64,000 nt of DNA from Patescibacteria group bacterium UBA6532 (GCA_002434805.1 DJKW01000009.1:15483-79482); one strand, 5' to 3'; shown: positions 49,415 through 59,184, counted from the first letter of the stretch. Program-made: numbers and translations. Notes: generated by a model from the sequence alone, not told the origin.

Positions 49415-49487
49415 CGGCCCCAACCGGATTTGAACCGGTGTTACATGGTTGAGAACCATGCGTCCTGAACCACTAGACGATGGGGCC
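49415..49487 (-). tRNA. tRNA-Glu (anticodon CUC), no encoded CCA
   Basis: GGCCCCATCGTCTAGTGGTTCAGGAC..., anticodon loop TTCTCAA, T-arm ACCGG-TTCAAAT-CCGGT, acceptor GGCCCCA/TGGGGCC. Confidence 0.9.
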
Positions 49488-49515
49488 CATTTATTACTTT
49501 TTAATATAAATGCAG

Positions 49516-50642
49516 CTATTTTACAAGCTTTATCTCTTCTACTATCCTGCCCATTTTAATCTCTTTTGAACCGTCAATTAAAATCAAGTCTCCTTCCTGG
49601 ATTTTTTCATAAAGAGCTTTTATGGCCTCGGAAATATCGTCAAACTGGAATATCTTTTCCTTTTCCATTCCTTTTTCTAAAGCACCCTTGGCAATGAATT
49701 TAGCTCGAGAACCTATTGTAAAAAGCAGATGAGCGGAAGCTCTTACTCTTTCCCCTATTGATTCGTGAGCTTCAATGGTGTATATTTGCCAATACCTAAA
49801 ATATCTCCTATCACGGCAATCTTTCGTGGAGCTTCAATTCTTTTTAAGACTTCCAGAGACTCTGCCATAGAAAGAGGACTTGCATTATCTGTACCATCTA
49901 AAATCCAGCTGCTTTTAACTCCTTTGATAAGACGCATTTTCCCTTTAATGCTGTTATAAGATTTAAGTCCTCGGGAAACATCAATCAAATTCAGATCCAT
50001 AACCATACCACAGCTGGCTGCTGCCAAAGAAGCATAGATTTGCTTTCTACCAAAAATATTATTTAACCAGACCGGAACAATGCTTCCTTTATGGTTTACC
50101 TTGAAATTCAAACCCCTCTGGATTTTACCATCTACCACTCTTTGGCTGATGACAATATCAGTTGCCTTAACATCTACCCTAGCCCCCACCCCAAAGTTTA
50201 AAGAATGGGCTTTGGTTAAAATATCTATTTCTCTCACTGTTTCATCGTCATAATTTAAAATTAAGAAAGAATGAGAAGGCAAAAGTTCAGCTATTTCTCT
50301 AGCTTCCTTAACGTCTTTTATGTCACCGGCAAAAAATTCCTTATCTGGATGAAATTCACCCGCCTGGGTAATCACTAAAACGGGCAAGATAGAATTTTTG
50401 AGAAAATATATTAAATCCTTTAAATCAATCTGTTTTAAATCTGATTCAAAAATTAAAACATTATTTTGAAAAATATCTAAAACTGATAAATTTTTTACTT
50501 TTTTAACTCCTTTGATATTCTTGCTTAAAACCTGAAAAATAGCTTCTCTCGCTTCTTGATATCCTTGGCCTGTAACAATAACAATTTTAGGCCTTTTTAA
50601 ATAAAAAATAAGTTTAATTAAGGGGTGTTTGGCTTCATTCAT
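49516..50642 (-). pseudogene. murF: MurF-like Mur ligase split by a 1-nt frameshift near 49777-49785
   Basis: N-part (track ORF; start reassigned to MNEAKHP at 50642, overlapping the ftsI stop) ends ...VIGDILGIGKYTPLKLTNQ*. The other frame continues IEAHESIGERVRASAHLLFTIGSRAK...GDLILIDGSKEIKMGRIVEEI to the stop at 49516, matching the MurF C-terminal domain. Confidence 0.7.
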
Positions 50643-52341
50643 AATCGGGCGGTATTTGATAGTAATCAATAATATATTTTGCCAATTCCTGAAATACGGG
50701 CACGGCTGAATATTCAGCTGTTTTCGTTTCCGGATCATCAAGTTTGACTAAAATTAAGAATTGAGGGTTGAAAGCCGGAAAAAATCCGATAAAAGATTGA
50801 ATGGTTTTTTCAGAATATCCCGATTTTTTAACTCCCAAGGCTGACCAGGAAATTTGAGATGTCCCGGTTTTCCCGGCAATATAGTAACCGGGAATTCTGG
50901 CTGACTTAGTAAATCCGTTTTCAACCACGCTAACCAGCATGGCGCTTAATTTTGAGGAAGTTTCTGAAGAAATAACTCTCTCTTTTGAGATTTGAGGTTG
51001 ATTTGTTTCGATTATTTTATCGTCTTTGGTTATTTTTTCAACTATATAAGGAACAACCAACTTTCCATCATTAGCAATGACAGAATAAGCTCTGACCAAC
51101 CCCAAAGGAGTCATGTCAATACCTTGGCCGAAAGAAGCGGTAGCGAAGTTTATTTCATAGCCTTTCTTTAGCTCTTCATTTTGAGAAAAGACTTCTCCGG
51201 GCAGATCAATTCCCGTTTTATTAAAAATCCCAAAACGCTCTATGTAATTTAAAAAAACGCTGTGAGCGATCTTTGACTGGATAAAAACCGCTCCCGTGTT
51301 AATTGATCTCTCTAAAACTTCGGTCATTGTTCTTTCTCCCCAGACTCTTTCATCGTAATTATAAATCGTATAACCTCCAATTTTTACCTTCCCTTGGTCA
51401 ATGTAAGTCATCTGATGATCTATTTTATTTTCGTTTAGGGCAGCGGCTGTTGTAATTGCCTTAAAGACAGATCCCGGCTCAAAAATCTTTTGAATTGCTC
51501 CGTTTTGGAAAATTTCCAGGTTTCCTTTCAGAGCATAGTCTTCATATTCGTTTGGATCAAAATTAGGGAAATTAGCCAAAGAAATAATCTCTCCTGAACT
51601 CGGATCCATGACTATAATCTGCCCCCTCTCAATATCTAAATTCTTCTTGGCATTCTTTAATAACTTTTCTGCCTGATACTGAACATTGTAATCAATGGTT
51701 AAAACTAAATCAGCCCCGCTTGAAGCTTCTTGGTTGAAAAAGAAAAAACCGCCAGGTCCTTTTTCTCCTTCAAGGGTTAATGTTTCCCCTTTTAAAACCT
51801 TATCCCAATATTCTTCTATTCCGTACTGGCCATCCCCCCCTCCGCCTAAAAATCCAACAACCTGTGATAAAAAGTCCTCTTGGGGATAATAACGTCCAGT
51901 TTCAATTCTTAAGTAAACGCCGGCTAAATTCACTCCCTCTAAATCATCAACTTCTTTGTCGGTTAATTTAGTCTTAATTAACTCATAAAGACTGTCTTTT
52001 TTAAACTTCTCTAAAATAATATCTTCGCTTATGTTAAGAATCTGACCTAAGATGGCTGAAGTTTCTTTTAGTTCTTTTGGAGAAAAACTTTGTTCTTTTG
52101 GAGAAATATAAACCAAGGACCACTCTTTATTGGTTGCCAGTTTATAAAGATTATCGTTTTTGTCTTGGGAAAAAATATCTCCTCTGTCGCCTAGTTCTCT
52201 GGCAAAAACTTTCTGTTGACCCTTGGCTAAAGCGCTATAAAATTCGTGATCGATAATTTGTAAAAAAATTAAGCGAGCCATAACGGCCGCTCCAAATATA
52301 AATATTAATATTAAAATTAAATTAATTCTCCAATACTTCAT
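50635..52341 (-). CDS. ftsI: Penicillin-binding protein 2 / FtsI-type transpeptidase
   Basis: N-terminal TM, PBP dimerisation domain, SVFK (SxxK), SIN (SxN), KTGT motifs. Confidence 0.9.
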   Translation of the reverse strand: MKYWRINLILILIFIFGAAVMARLIFLQIIDHEFYSALAKGQQKVFARELGDRGDIFSQDKNDNLYKLATNKEWSLVYISPKEQSFSPKELKETSAILGQILNISEDIILEKFKKDSLYELIKTKLTDKEVDDLEGVNLAGVYLRIETGRYYPQEDFLSQVVGFLGGGGDGQYGIEEYWDKVLKGETLTLEGEKGPGGFFFFNQEASSGADLVLTIDYNVQYQAEKLLKNAKKNLDIERGQIIVMDPSSGEIISLANFPNFDPNEYEDYALKGNLEIFQNGAIQKIFEPGSVFKAITTAAALNENKIDHQMTYIDQGKVKIGGYTIYNYDERVWGERTMTEVLERSINTGAVFIQSKIAHSVFLNYIERFGIFNKTGIDLPGEVFSQNEELKKGYEINFATASFGQGIDMTPLGLVRAYSVIANDGKLVVPYIVEKITKDDKIIETNQPQISKERVISSETSSKLSAMLVSVVENGFTKSARIPGYYIAGKTGTSQISWSALGVKKSGYSEKTIQSFIGFFPAFNPQFLILVKLDDPETKTAEYSAVPVFQELAKYIIDYYQIPPDYE

Positions 52342-52691
52342 TGCTTAGTTACAATAGTATCGTCAAGAATCCTAATATAATTTACCTTTCCTACTGGTTC
52401 AAAATTCAAGTTATTTACTAAAGCCTCGATATTCTCTAAAGAATTAGTTTTAGAAAGCCTGGCTTCCAAGCTTCCGTTATCTTGAGAGAAAGATGATATT
52501 CTCTTTTCGTAACTTCCCATAAAATAACTGAGTTTTGTGATCTCGTTTATTTGAAAAATATAAAAGATTAAGGTTGTTATTAATAAACCCGCTCCCAAGA
52601 ACCAAAAGGTTCTCAAGCTAAACATCCATTTTTTTGGAAGATAGCGCTTAAAGGCAATAGATGGATTCAAGATTAAGGCAATGTTATTCAT
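52338..52691 (-). CDS. ftsL: FtsL-like cell division protein
   Basis: 117 aa, one TM plus a short coiled coil. Sits between rsmH and ftsI. Confidence 0.5.
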   Translation of the reverse strand: MNNIALILNPSIAFKRYLPKKWMFSLRTFWFLGAGLLITTLIFYIFQINEITKLSYFMGSYEKRISSFSQDNGSLEARLSKTNSLENIEALVNNLNFEPVGKVNYIRILDDTIVTKQ

Positions 52692-52701
52692 AATTGATTG
52701 G

Positions 52702-53571
52702 TTACTGTTTTTGGGCAGCTCTTAATTTAGCTGACCTAGACCGAGGATTAACCTTTAACTCTTTTAAGGTTGGTATTACGGGTTTTTTAGTTAATATTTT
52801 AAGCGATCCCTCTTTAGCCAGACTTTTAAAGAAATTTTTAATAATCCTATCCTCTAAAGAATGGAAAGAGATTACTACTAGCCTTCCTCCTGGTTCTAAG
52901 ATTTCTAGCGCTTGAGGCAAAGCTTCTTTTAAATTATCTAACTCATTGTTAACTGTAATTCTCAATGCCTGAAAAGTTTTAGTAGCAAAATGGATTTTTT
53001 TACGCTGATACCAGAATGGAACTGCTTTCTTAATAGCTTCTATTAACTGGAAAGTCGTTTTTATAGGATTAACCGTTCTCTGGCTTATAATTCCCCTGGC
53101 TATTCTCTTGGCAAATCTTTCCTCTCCAAGTTCTCTTAAAATCGTTTCTATTTCTTTCTCCGGCCAGGAGTTTATGATTTTTTCCGCTGTCAAAATACTT
53201 TGAGGGTCATATCTCATATCCAGGGATTCATTTATCAGAAAAGAAAATCCCCTCTCAGATTTCTCTAAATGCCAGCTGCAATAGCCAAGGTCAAATAAGA
53301 TTCCCTGGACTGGCCCAAACTTCTCTTTTTTAACAATATCTTTTAAATTTACAAAGTTATCGCAAACAAATATTATTCTGTCTTTCAATTCAGCCCCATT
53401 TAATATTTCAGAATCTCGATCAATACCCAAGATTTTGCCTTTGGGGCTAATTCTCTCTAATACGTTATCTGCATGTCCTCCGCCGCCAAACGTACAGTCA
53501 ATAAAGTTTTTGTTTGGTTTTGGATTTAAATATTGAAGAACTTCTTTTTGTAAAACTGGAATATGAACCAC
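52702..53571 (-). CDS. rsmH: 16S rRNA (cytosine1402-N4)-methyltransferase
   Basis: HIPVL, DCTFGGGGH, DLGYCS, ISFHSLEDRI, NPRSRSAKLR. Confidence 0.95.
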   Translation of the reverse strand: MVHIPVLQKEVLQYLNPKPNKNFIDCTFGGGGHADNVLERISPKGKILGIDRDSEILNGAELKDRIIFVCDNFVNLKDIVKKEKFGPVQGILFDLGYCSWHLEKSERGFSFLINESLDMRYDPQSILTAEKIINSWPEKEIETILRELGEERFAKRIARGIISQRTVNPIKTTFQLIEAIKKAVPFWYQRKKIHFATKTFQALRITVNNELDNLKEALPQALEILEPGGRLVVISFHSLEDRIIKNFFKSLAKEGSLKILTKKPVIPTLKELKVNPRSRSAKLRAAQKQ

Positions 53572-53581
53572 AATTGTAATT

Positions 53582-54004
53582 TTAAATTCCTAATTTCTCA
53601 GATCTATCAGCTACTGACGGCTCAGTTTTCTTTTTATATTCCTGCCACTTCAATTCATCCCAAACTTCTATTTTATTTGAAAGACCTATTACAGCAACGT
53701 TCTTTTTTAAGCTTGCATAATTTTTAAGGTAGTCTGGTATTAAAATTCGGCCGAGTCTGTCCAGCTCTGCGTCAATTGCTCCAGACAATATCATTCTTAC
53801 ATGACTGCGGGCATCAATCTGGCTGGATGGCAGATTTTCTAATCTCTTAACAACTTTTTCCCATTCTCTGATCGGGTAAACGACAAGACAGTTATCAATG
53901 CCGCGGGTAACAACTGCTTTTTTCCCAAGGTCTTTCCTGAATTTAGATGGTATGGCAAGTCTTTTTTTAACATCAATTGTATGAATGTATTCTCCAATAA
54001 ACAT
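53582..54004 (-). CDS. mraZ: Transcriptional regulator MraZ
   Basis: MFIGEY...DVKKRLAIPSKFR and a second DRLGRILIP SpoVT/AbrB-like repeat. Confidence 0.9.
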   Translation of the reverse strand: MFIGEYIHTIDVKKRLAIPSKFRKDLGKKAVVTRGIDNCLVVYPIREWEKVVKRLENLPSSQIDARSHVRMILSGAIDAELDRLGRILIPDYLKNYASLKKNVAVIGLSNKIEVWDELKWQEYKKKTEPSVADRSEKLGI

Positions 54005-54018
54005 ATAAGATTAATTAA

Positions 54019-54135
54019 GTTCTCCACAAATTAGCTGGTTTACTAACATACTTATCCACAATTACCCACTATGTTTTATTTATAACCCACTTCTAAACAT
54101 AGGTCAAGCACTAAAAAACTGGAGTTTTCCACAGG
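54019..54135 (-). promoter_or_regulatory. mraZ promoter (TTGACC-17-TATAAA) with five phased GTGG(G/A) boxes (MraZ operator candidates)
   Basis: Minus-strand TTGACC 54102-54107 and TATAAA 54079-54084. CCAC cores at 54024, 54056, 54066, 54087 and 54129, all in one orientation. Spacings are 32, 10, 21 and 42 nt, i.e. whole helical turns. Confidence 0.55.
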
Positions 54136-54181
54136 AAATCCCCAGTTTTAATAAAAATAGCCTAAATTAGCTGTTTATTGG

Positions 54182-55510
54182 TTATTTTTCTTTTTGGAAA
54201 ATTTTCTCAGAATAAATATTAGCTGAATTCCAAATCATCCAGCCTGAAGCTCCGGATTCCTCGGCTGCTTTAAACTGAGCTTGGATTTTTTCAGCATTAT
54301 ATAAAATTCCACGGTCCACATCATAACTTAAATTAAAACCTTGGAGCCAAGGACGAATTTTAGCTTTGCTCTCAAATAAAGAAAGATAATCAAGGGCAGA
54401 AAAAATCGATCTAGAAATTATTTCATAGGGACGGTTAGATACGACCTGATCTGGGTCTTCAGATTGATAAGGAAAATTAAGGGCCGGCAATCCTCGTTTT
54501 AAATCTTCCTCTACTATGAAGCCGCCGTAAAAATGGCTTGGATAAAGCATAAAAGAAATATAATCAAAGTTATCGGAAAAATCAGACAACCTTTGGCCAA
54601 TGGAAAAAGCATTAAACTGAGTAGCCACGTATCCAAAAAGATCAACAGAAAGAATAATCTCTGGCTGATAACTCTTTAACTCTTGAGAAAGCTTTAAAGA
54701 AAACTCTTGAATAACTTTAGATTTGCTCATCTCCTTGTCATAAAAAGGATAAACAATGTCTTCTAAGTCTCCGTCTGAAGGAAAGCGAATGTAATCAAAC
54801 TGAAGTTCGTCAAATCCAAAATCAATTACTTTTTTAGAAAGTTCAATAAGGTAATCATGCGTTGTAAGGCTGGAAGGATCCAACCAGCATTCACCGCTCC
54901 AATCCCGCCAGATTTCCGCCTCTTTTGTTTTAAGGTATAACTCTGAATTATTTTCTATCAAGGAACAGTCCCGAAAAACAACAATCCTGGCAATAACCCA
55001 AACATTATCCTCTTTAAGGTTATTGATAAAAGTTTTTAAAGAAAACGGGAGAGAAAGCCCTGATGTTTCTTTAACGTCAATCACTAGTCCGTTAAGTTCT
55101 GATTTCTCTAAAATATTGGTAATATTTTCTCTGATCTGGCGGGCAGTAAAATCTTCAGAACTGGCAACAAACTCAGTCATATAAAGACTCTTTATGTCAT
55201 TTGAACGATTTTGGGCCTCTTTAACAGCTTCTTCAATTAATAATTTCTCACTCTCTTTAGCTTCAAGAAATTCTTGAGTTTTAATAATGAGCTGTTCTGT
55301 TTCTGTCATAAGATTTTCTGCTTTTAAAGTCAGGTCTTCTGACTGAATATCTTCCTCTGGAACTTCTTTTTCTTTAATAATAATTTTGGTCTCCTTTATG
55401 GGCAAAATAGCGCTGGTCTTTTGAATTTGCCAATATTGATAATAAAAAAGTCCTCCGATAATCGATAAAATAAGGAGGAATATAATTATAAGATGGACTG
55501 GGCGCCTCAT
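54182..55510 (-). CDS. Membrane-anchored putative glycoside hydrolase-like TIM-barrel protein (DUF4015/GHL type)
   Basis: N-terminal TM. NGLVIDVKE, ARIVVFRD, WLDP, FGFDELQFDYIRFPSDGD. Confidence 0.6.
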   Translation of the reverse strand: MRRPVHLIIIFLLILSIIGGLFYYQYWQIQKTSAILPIKETKIIIKEKEVPEEDIQSEDLTLKAENLMTETEQLIIKTQEFLEAKESEKLLIEEAVKEAQNRSNDIKSLYMTEFVASSEDFTARQIRENITNILEKSELNGLVIDVKETSGLSLPFSLKTFINNLKEDNVWVIARIVVFRDCSLIENNSELYLKTKEAEIWRDWSGECWLDPSSLTTHDYLIELSKKVIDFGFDELQFDYIRFPSDGDLEDIVYPFYDKEMSKSKVIQEFSLKLSQELKSYQPEIILSVDLFGYVATQFNAFSIGQRLSDFSDNFDYISFMLYPSHFYGGFIVEEDLKRGLPALNFPYQSEDPDQVVSNRPYEIISRSIFSALDYLSLFESKAKIRPWLQGFNLSYDVDRGILYNAEKIQAQFKAAEESGASGWMIWNSANIYSEKIFQKEK

Positions 55511-58078
55511 TTATTCATTAATTAATAATTTAAATTGTCCTGGCTCAACTTCAACCTTCTCCCCTTTTTTCAATCGGCCGGAAAGAAGAGCTTTAGCCAG
55601 AACATTTTCTATTTTGTCTTGGATAACCCTTTTCATGTTTCTTGCCCCAAAGATTGGATTATAACCCAGTTCAACTATCTTATCTTTTAAAGGCTCGGTT
55701 ATGACAAACTCAATTCCTTTTCTCTGAAGATTTTTTCTTAACTTTAAAAGCATTAACTGGGAAATATCCAAAAGGTTTTCTTTGCTCAATGGCTTAAAGA
55801 TAACTACGGCGTCAAATCGATTAATAAATTCCGGCCTGAAAGTTCCATGCTCAAAAAGATTACCTAAAAGTTCTTCTTTAATTTGAGAAAAATCAGCTTT
55901 ATTTTCCAAGGCTTTTAAAATTATCTTATAGCCGGCGTTAGAAGTGGCAATAATAATTGAATTTTTAAAATCAACCTTTCTCCCCAGACCGTCGGTTAAA
56001 TGGCCTTCGTCTAAAACCTGTAAAAACAAATTTAAAATATTGGGATGAGCTTTTTCAATTTCATCCAATAAAATTAAAGAAAAAGGGTTCTCTCTAACCT
56101 TGGTAGTTAAAAGTCCTTTTTCGCCAGGAGACCCTAAAAGCCGGGGAATATCTTTTACCTGCTGGAATTCTGACATATCCAATCTGATTATTCGAGACTC
56201 AGATCCCAAGTAAATTTCAGCCAGAGCTTTTGCGGTTTCGGTCTTCCCCACTCCTGTGGGTCCCAAAAAGAGAAAAGAGCCTATGGGACCCGATCTAACA
56301 GAAACTTCTGCTCTTGCCCTTCTTAAGGCAGAAGAAACCTCCCTCACTCCTTCTTCCTGGTTTATAATCCTCTTGTGGATTAAATCTTCTAAATTCAATA
56401 AAACCTCCTTTTCTTTTATATCTACCTCACCTACGGGTATTTGGACTTTATCTGAAATAATTTTAGCTACATGTTTTGGTAAAACTACTTTTTCTCTTTT
56501 ACTTTTAATATAGACTACTACTTCGTCTAAAATATCCATGGCTTTCTCTGGAAAAGGAAGGGCTGGTAAAAAGCGGGAGCAATAAGAAACAATGTCCCTT
56601 AAGGCAGGATAAGTAATGAATATTTTATTCTTTTGCTCTAAATGTAAAGCCAGGCTCTCTAAAAGTATTAAGGTGTTCTTGTCTGATATTTCTGAAATCT
56701 CAACTTTCTCAAATAAAGATAAAACGGAAGGATTTTGCTCAATGTTTTTGTGAAGACCGGTAAAAGTGGTGATGGCAATGATTTGAAACTGGGGTAAAGA
56801 CAAATAAGAAGAGAGAACTCCGGAAATATCAATTGTTCCCAGTTTTTCTTTAGCGCCCACAAAATTATGAAATTTATCAATGACTAAAATAATATTTCCA
56901 GCTAAAACCGCTTCCTGAAAAATTCTATCTAAAATCGCTTCGACTTCCTGACGGTCAGATATTTTGGCAAGCAAACTTGAAATATTCAATTCTACTATTC
57001 TCTTGTAATTGGCCTCGGGCAAACTCTGGCCTAAATAACTTTTAGAAGCCAAGGCTTCTACAATGCTCTTTCTACCTGTTCCCGCTTCCCCAACCAACAA
57101 AACATTGTTAATTTCAGATATAGCCAAAACCCTTTCCATCTGGCCTAATTCTTTTTCATGGCCGATTATCTCTGTAAATCCTCTCCGTCTTAACCTTTCT
57201 GACCAATCAAGGGAAAACTGATCAAGGGTAATAGTATAACCTGACGTCCATTCCTTTGCCATTGTTCCCCGCCGAACCAAATTCCTGTATTCCCACCAAT
57301 TTTTCCTATCCTCAATCTTTCCCTCCAAAAATTCCAGCCAGGAAGCTAAATTTTTAATATCTTCTGCTCTGATGTCAGACTGAACAAGGATTTTTTTAAA
57401 AAAGGCGTCATTTTTAGCTAAACTGACAATTAGGTCTCCAATTTCAATCCTCTCTCTCCCCTTCTTTGAAGCGCTCTTTAAAGAATCTAGGATAGAGTTC
57501 TGAAAACTCTTAGAATATACCAGCTTAGATCTGGTTGATTTAGTTGAAATAGAAATGCCATCCAAGTATTTTTTTAATAATTTCTTGATTTGCTTGAAGT
57601 CAAGGATTGCTCTTGAAAAAATAAAGTTTAGTTCCAGATTATCAACCAAAAGAAAATAAAGAAGGAAGGTTGAACTAACTTCAGAAATATTTTTTTTGGA
57701 AGCTCGCCTTAAAGATTTATCAACTGCTTTTGCTGCTCCAAAGCTTAAAAATTCAGCCAAGTTGTATTTTTCTGGTTTTAAAACAGCCTCGCTTATTTTA
57801 ACTCTTATCTTTGGTTTTTTGATTTTACTGTTAAAAAATGAATTTTCAAGGAAAAAGATCGCAGCCAAAACTAAGATAATTACAGTAAGGCCCAATAATA
57901 ATGAGCTAGTTTCCGTTTCAAATGTTCCTGTAATGAAGCCGTAGAGGAATAAAGCCAGGATAAGAATAAACAGAGTAAAAAATAACTTTTTAAAGAACCC
58001 GGCTAATCCCAATAAAAGAAACCTCTCCCATTTTACGGCCTGATAGATGGCTGCTTTTTTTAAATTAAATTTAAACAT
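55511..58078 (-). CDS. Membrane-anchored two-ring Clp/Hsp100-family AAA+ protein with degenerate first ATPase ring
   Basis: N-terminal TM helices and no Clp-N domain. D1 has GEAGTGRKS (canonical GEPGVGKT) and VIDKFH (canonical IDELH). D2 is canonical: GPTGVGKT, LLDEIEKAH, SNAG. Confidence 0.8.
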   Translation of the reverse strand: MFKFNLKKAAIYQAVKWERFLLLGLAGFFKKLFFTLFILILALFLYGFITGTFETETSSLLLGLTVIILVLAAIFFLENSFFNSKIKKPKIRVKISEAVLKPEKYNLAEFLSFGAAKAVDKSLRRASKKNISEVSSTFLLYFLLVDNLELNFIFSRAILDFKQIKKLLKKYLDGISISTKSTRSKLVYSKSFQNSILDSLKSASKKGRERIEIGDLIVSLAKNDAFFKKILVQSDIRAEDIKNLASWLEFLEGKIEDRKNWWEYRNLVRRGTMAKEWTSGYTITLDQFSLDWSERLRRRGFTEIIGHEKELGQMERVLAISEINNVLLVGEAGTGRKSIVEALASKSYLGQSLPEANYKRIVELNISSLLAKISDRQEVEAILDRIFQEAVLAGNIILVIDKFHNFVGAKEKLGTIDISGVLSSYLSLPQFQIIAITTFTGLHKNIEQNPSVLSLFEKVEISEISDKNTLILLESLALHLEQKNKIFITYPALRDIVSYCSRFLPALPFPEKAMDILDEVVVYIKSKREKVVLPKHVAKIISDKVQIPVGEVDIKEKEVLLNLEDLIHKRIINQEEGVREVSSALRRARAEVSVRSGPIGSFLFLGPTGVGKTETAKALAEIYLGSESRIIRLDMSEFQQVKDIPRLLGSPGEKGLLTTKVRENPFSLILLDEIEKAHPNILNLFLQVLDEGHLTDGLGRKVDFKNSIIIATSNAGYKIILKALENKADFSQIKEELLGNLFEHGTFRPEFINRFDAVVIFKPLSKENLLDISQLMLLKLRKNLQRKGIEFVITEPLKDKIVELGYNPIFGARNMKRVIQDKIENVLAKALLSGRLKKGEKVEVEPGQFKLLINE

Positions 58079-58081
58079 AAG

Positions 58082-58468
58082 TTAAAGAATAATTTGCCTA
58101 AGACCAAAAACCAAACCAAGAATCAAAAGAATAGGAAGTAAAAGCCAAAAGAAAATGGCTAATATCCCCAAAAAAAAGATAATAACTTCTATTGCTGTCC
58201 CGATAATAATCAAGAAAACTCTCATTATCGCCCCCAAAACTCTAGAAAGAACGTTAAAAACAAGAACTTCAAAAAACCTCTTTATGTCAAAACCCCGGCC
58301 GTAGGAAATATTATATCTTCGCCAAGGAGAAAATAAGGTTTTCAAGAGTTCTGGTATTGAAAAATAGTTCAAATTAAACTTAAGGAGATTTTTCAAAGCC
58401 CCAAAAATCAACCTTGTCTGATCAACAAAATACCACTCCACAAATTGGAATAAAATATTCTGGTTCAT
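58082..58468 (-). CDS. Small membrane protein, unknown function
   Basis: 128-aa ORF with 2 C-terminal TM helices, 3 nt upstream of the Clp-like gene. Confidence 0.5.
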   Translation of the reverse strand: MNQNILFQFVEWYFVDQTRLIFGALKNLLKFNLNYFSIPELLKTLFSPWRRYNISYGRGFDIKRFFEVLVFNVLSRVLGAIMRVFLIIIGTAIEVIIFFLGILAIFFWLLLPILLILGLVFGLRQIIL

Positions 58469-58518
58469 CGCTTTTATTATACCACTCTTTATGTCTTACT
58501 TTCTACTTTATTTATTAG

Positions 58519-58594
58519 TGGTGGGCGTGGGAGGGATCGAACCTCCGACCTCGTCTTTATCAGAGACGCGCTCTAACCTCTGAGCTACACGCCC
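58519..58594 (-). tRNA. tRNA-Ile (anticodon GAU), CCA encoded
   Basis: GGGCGTGTAGCTCAGAGGTTAGAGCGCGTCTCTGATAAAGACGAGGTCGGAGGTTCGATCCCTCCCACGCCCACCA. Confidence 0.93.
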
Positions 58595-58599
58595 AATAA

Positions 58600-59184
58600 T
58601 TACTTATTTTTTCTCAAAACTGTGAAGTATTCGTAAAATAAAATAAGTAAATTAAAAGTTAATTTGCTTTCAATATGCGAAAAAGACATATTTTTAATAA
58701 TTTCTTTTATCTTTTTAGGGTTTACTTTATGCAGATGTATCTTTCTTGCCATAAAGGGATTTCCATACATTTCAATGGCAGCCCCGATAGCTTGAATTCC
58801 TAAAATAGGCTCGTAAGGATAAGCTATTACAACTTTTCCACCTGGCTTTAAAACTTTTTCTATTTCTTTAAAAAACTTCGTCAAATCAGGAGTATGCTCG
58901 ATAGTATGAAGAGAATAAACTTTATCAAAGGTATTCTCTTTAAAGTTCAAGCTAGCAGCATCGCTATACTCTACTTTTTTGGTAACTGATTTTTTTAAAG
59001 AAATTCTGTCTATATCAACTCCTCTTATTTCTTTGGTATATTTTTCCATCTCTCTAACGTAAAAACCCCGGCTACATCCAATATCTAATATCTTTTCACC
59101 TTTCTTTGGTTTTAAATATTTAATGAGGGTTTTAAAACGGATTGGATTAAAGTTTATTGTCTGACGATATTCATTATTTTTCAT
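58600..59184 (-). CDS. Class I SAM-dependent methyltransferase
   Basis: Motif I ILDIGCSRGFY and KPGGKVVIAYP (Methyltransf_11-like). Confidence 0.75.
   Translation of the reverse strand: MKNNEYRQTINFNPIRFKTLIKYLKPKKGEKILDIGCSRGFYVREMEKYTKEIRGVDIDRISLKKSVTKKVEYSDAASLNFKENTFDKVYSLHTIEHTPDLTKFFKEIEKVLKPGGKVVIAYPYEPILGIQAIGAAIEMYGNPFMARKIHLHKVNPKKIKEIIKNMSFSHIESKLTFNLLILFYEYFTVLRKNK

Noticed and set aside
50643-50741. N-terminal extension of the murF-like ORF overlapping ftsI.
   Set aside because: It overlaps the ftsI C-terminus. The ATGAATGA start/stop overlap at 50635-50642 is the more economical model.
54019-54135. Replication origin (oriC), suggested by a perfect TTATCCACA DnaA box and two near-boxes.
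   Set aside because: All boxes share one orientation with 10.5-nt phasing directly at the mraZ promoter, which matches MraZ operators. There is no dnaA/dnaN context, AT-rich 13-mer unwinding element, or strand-bias switch visible here. Kept only as an alternative in the finding.
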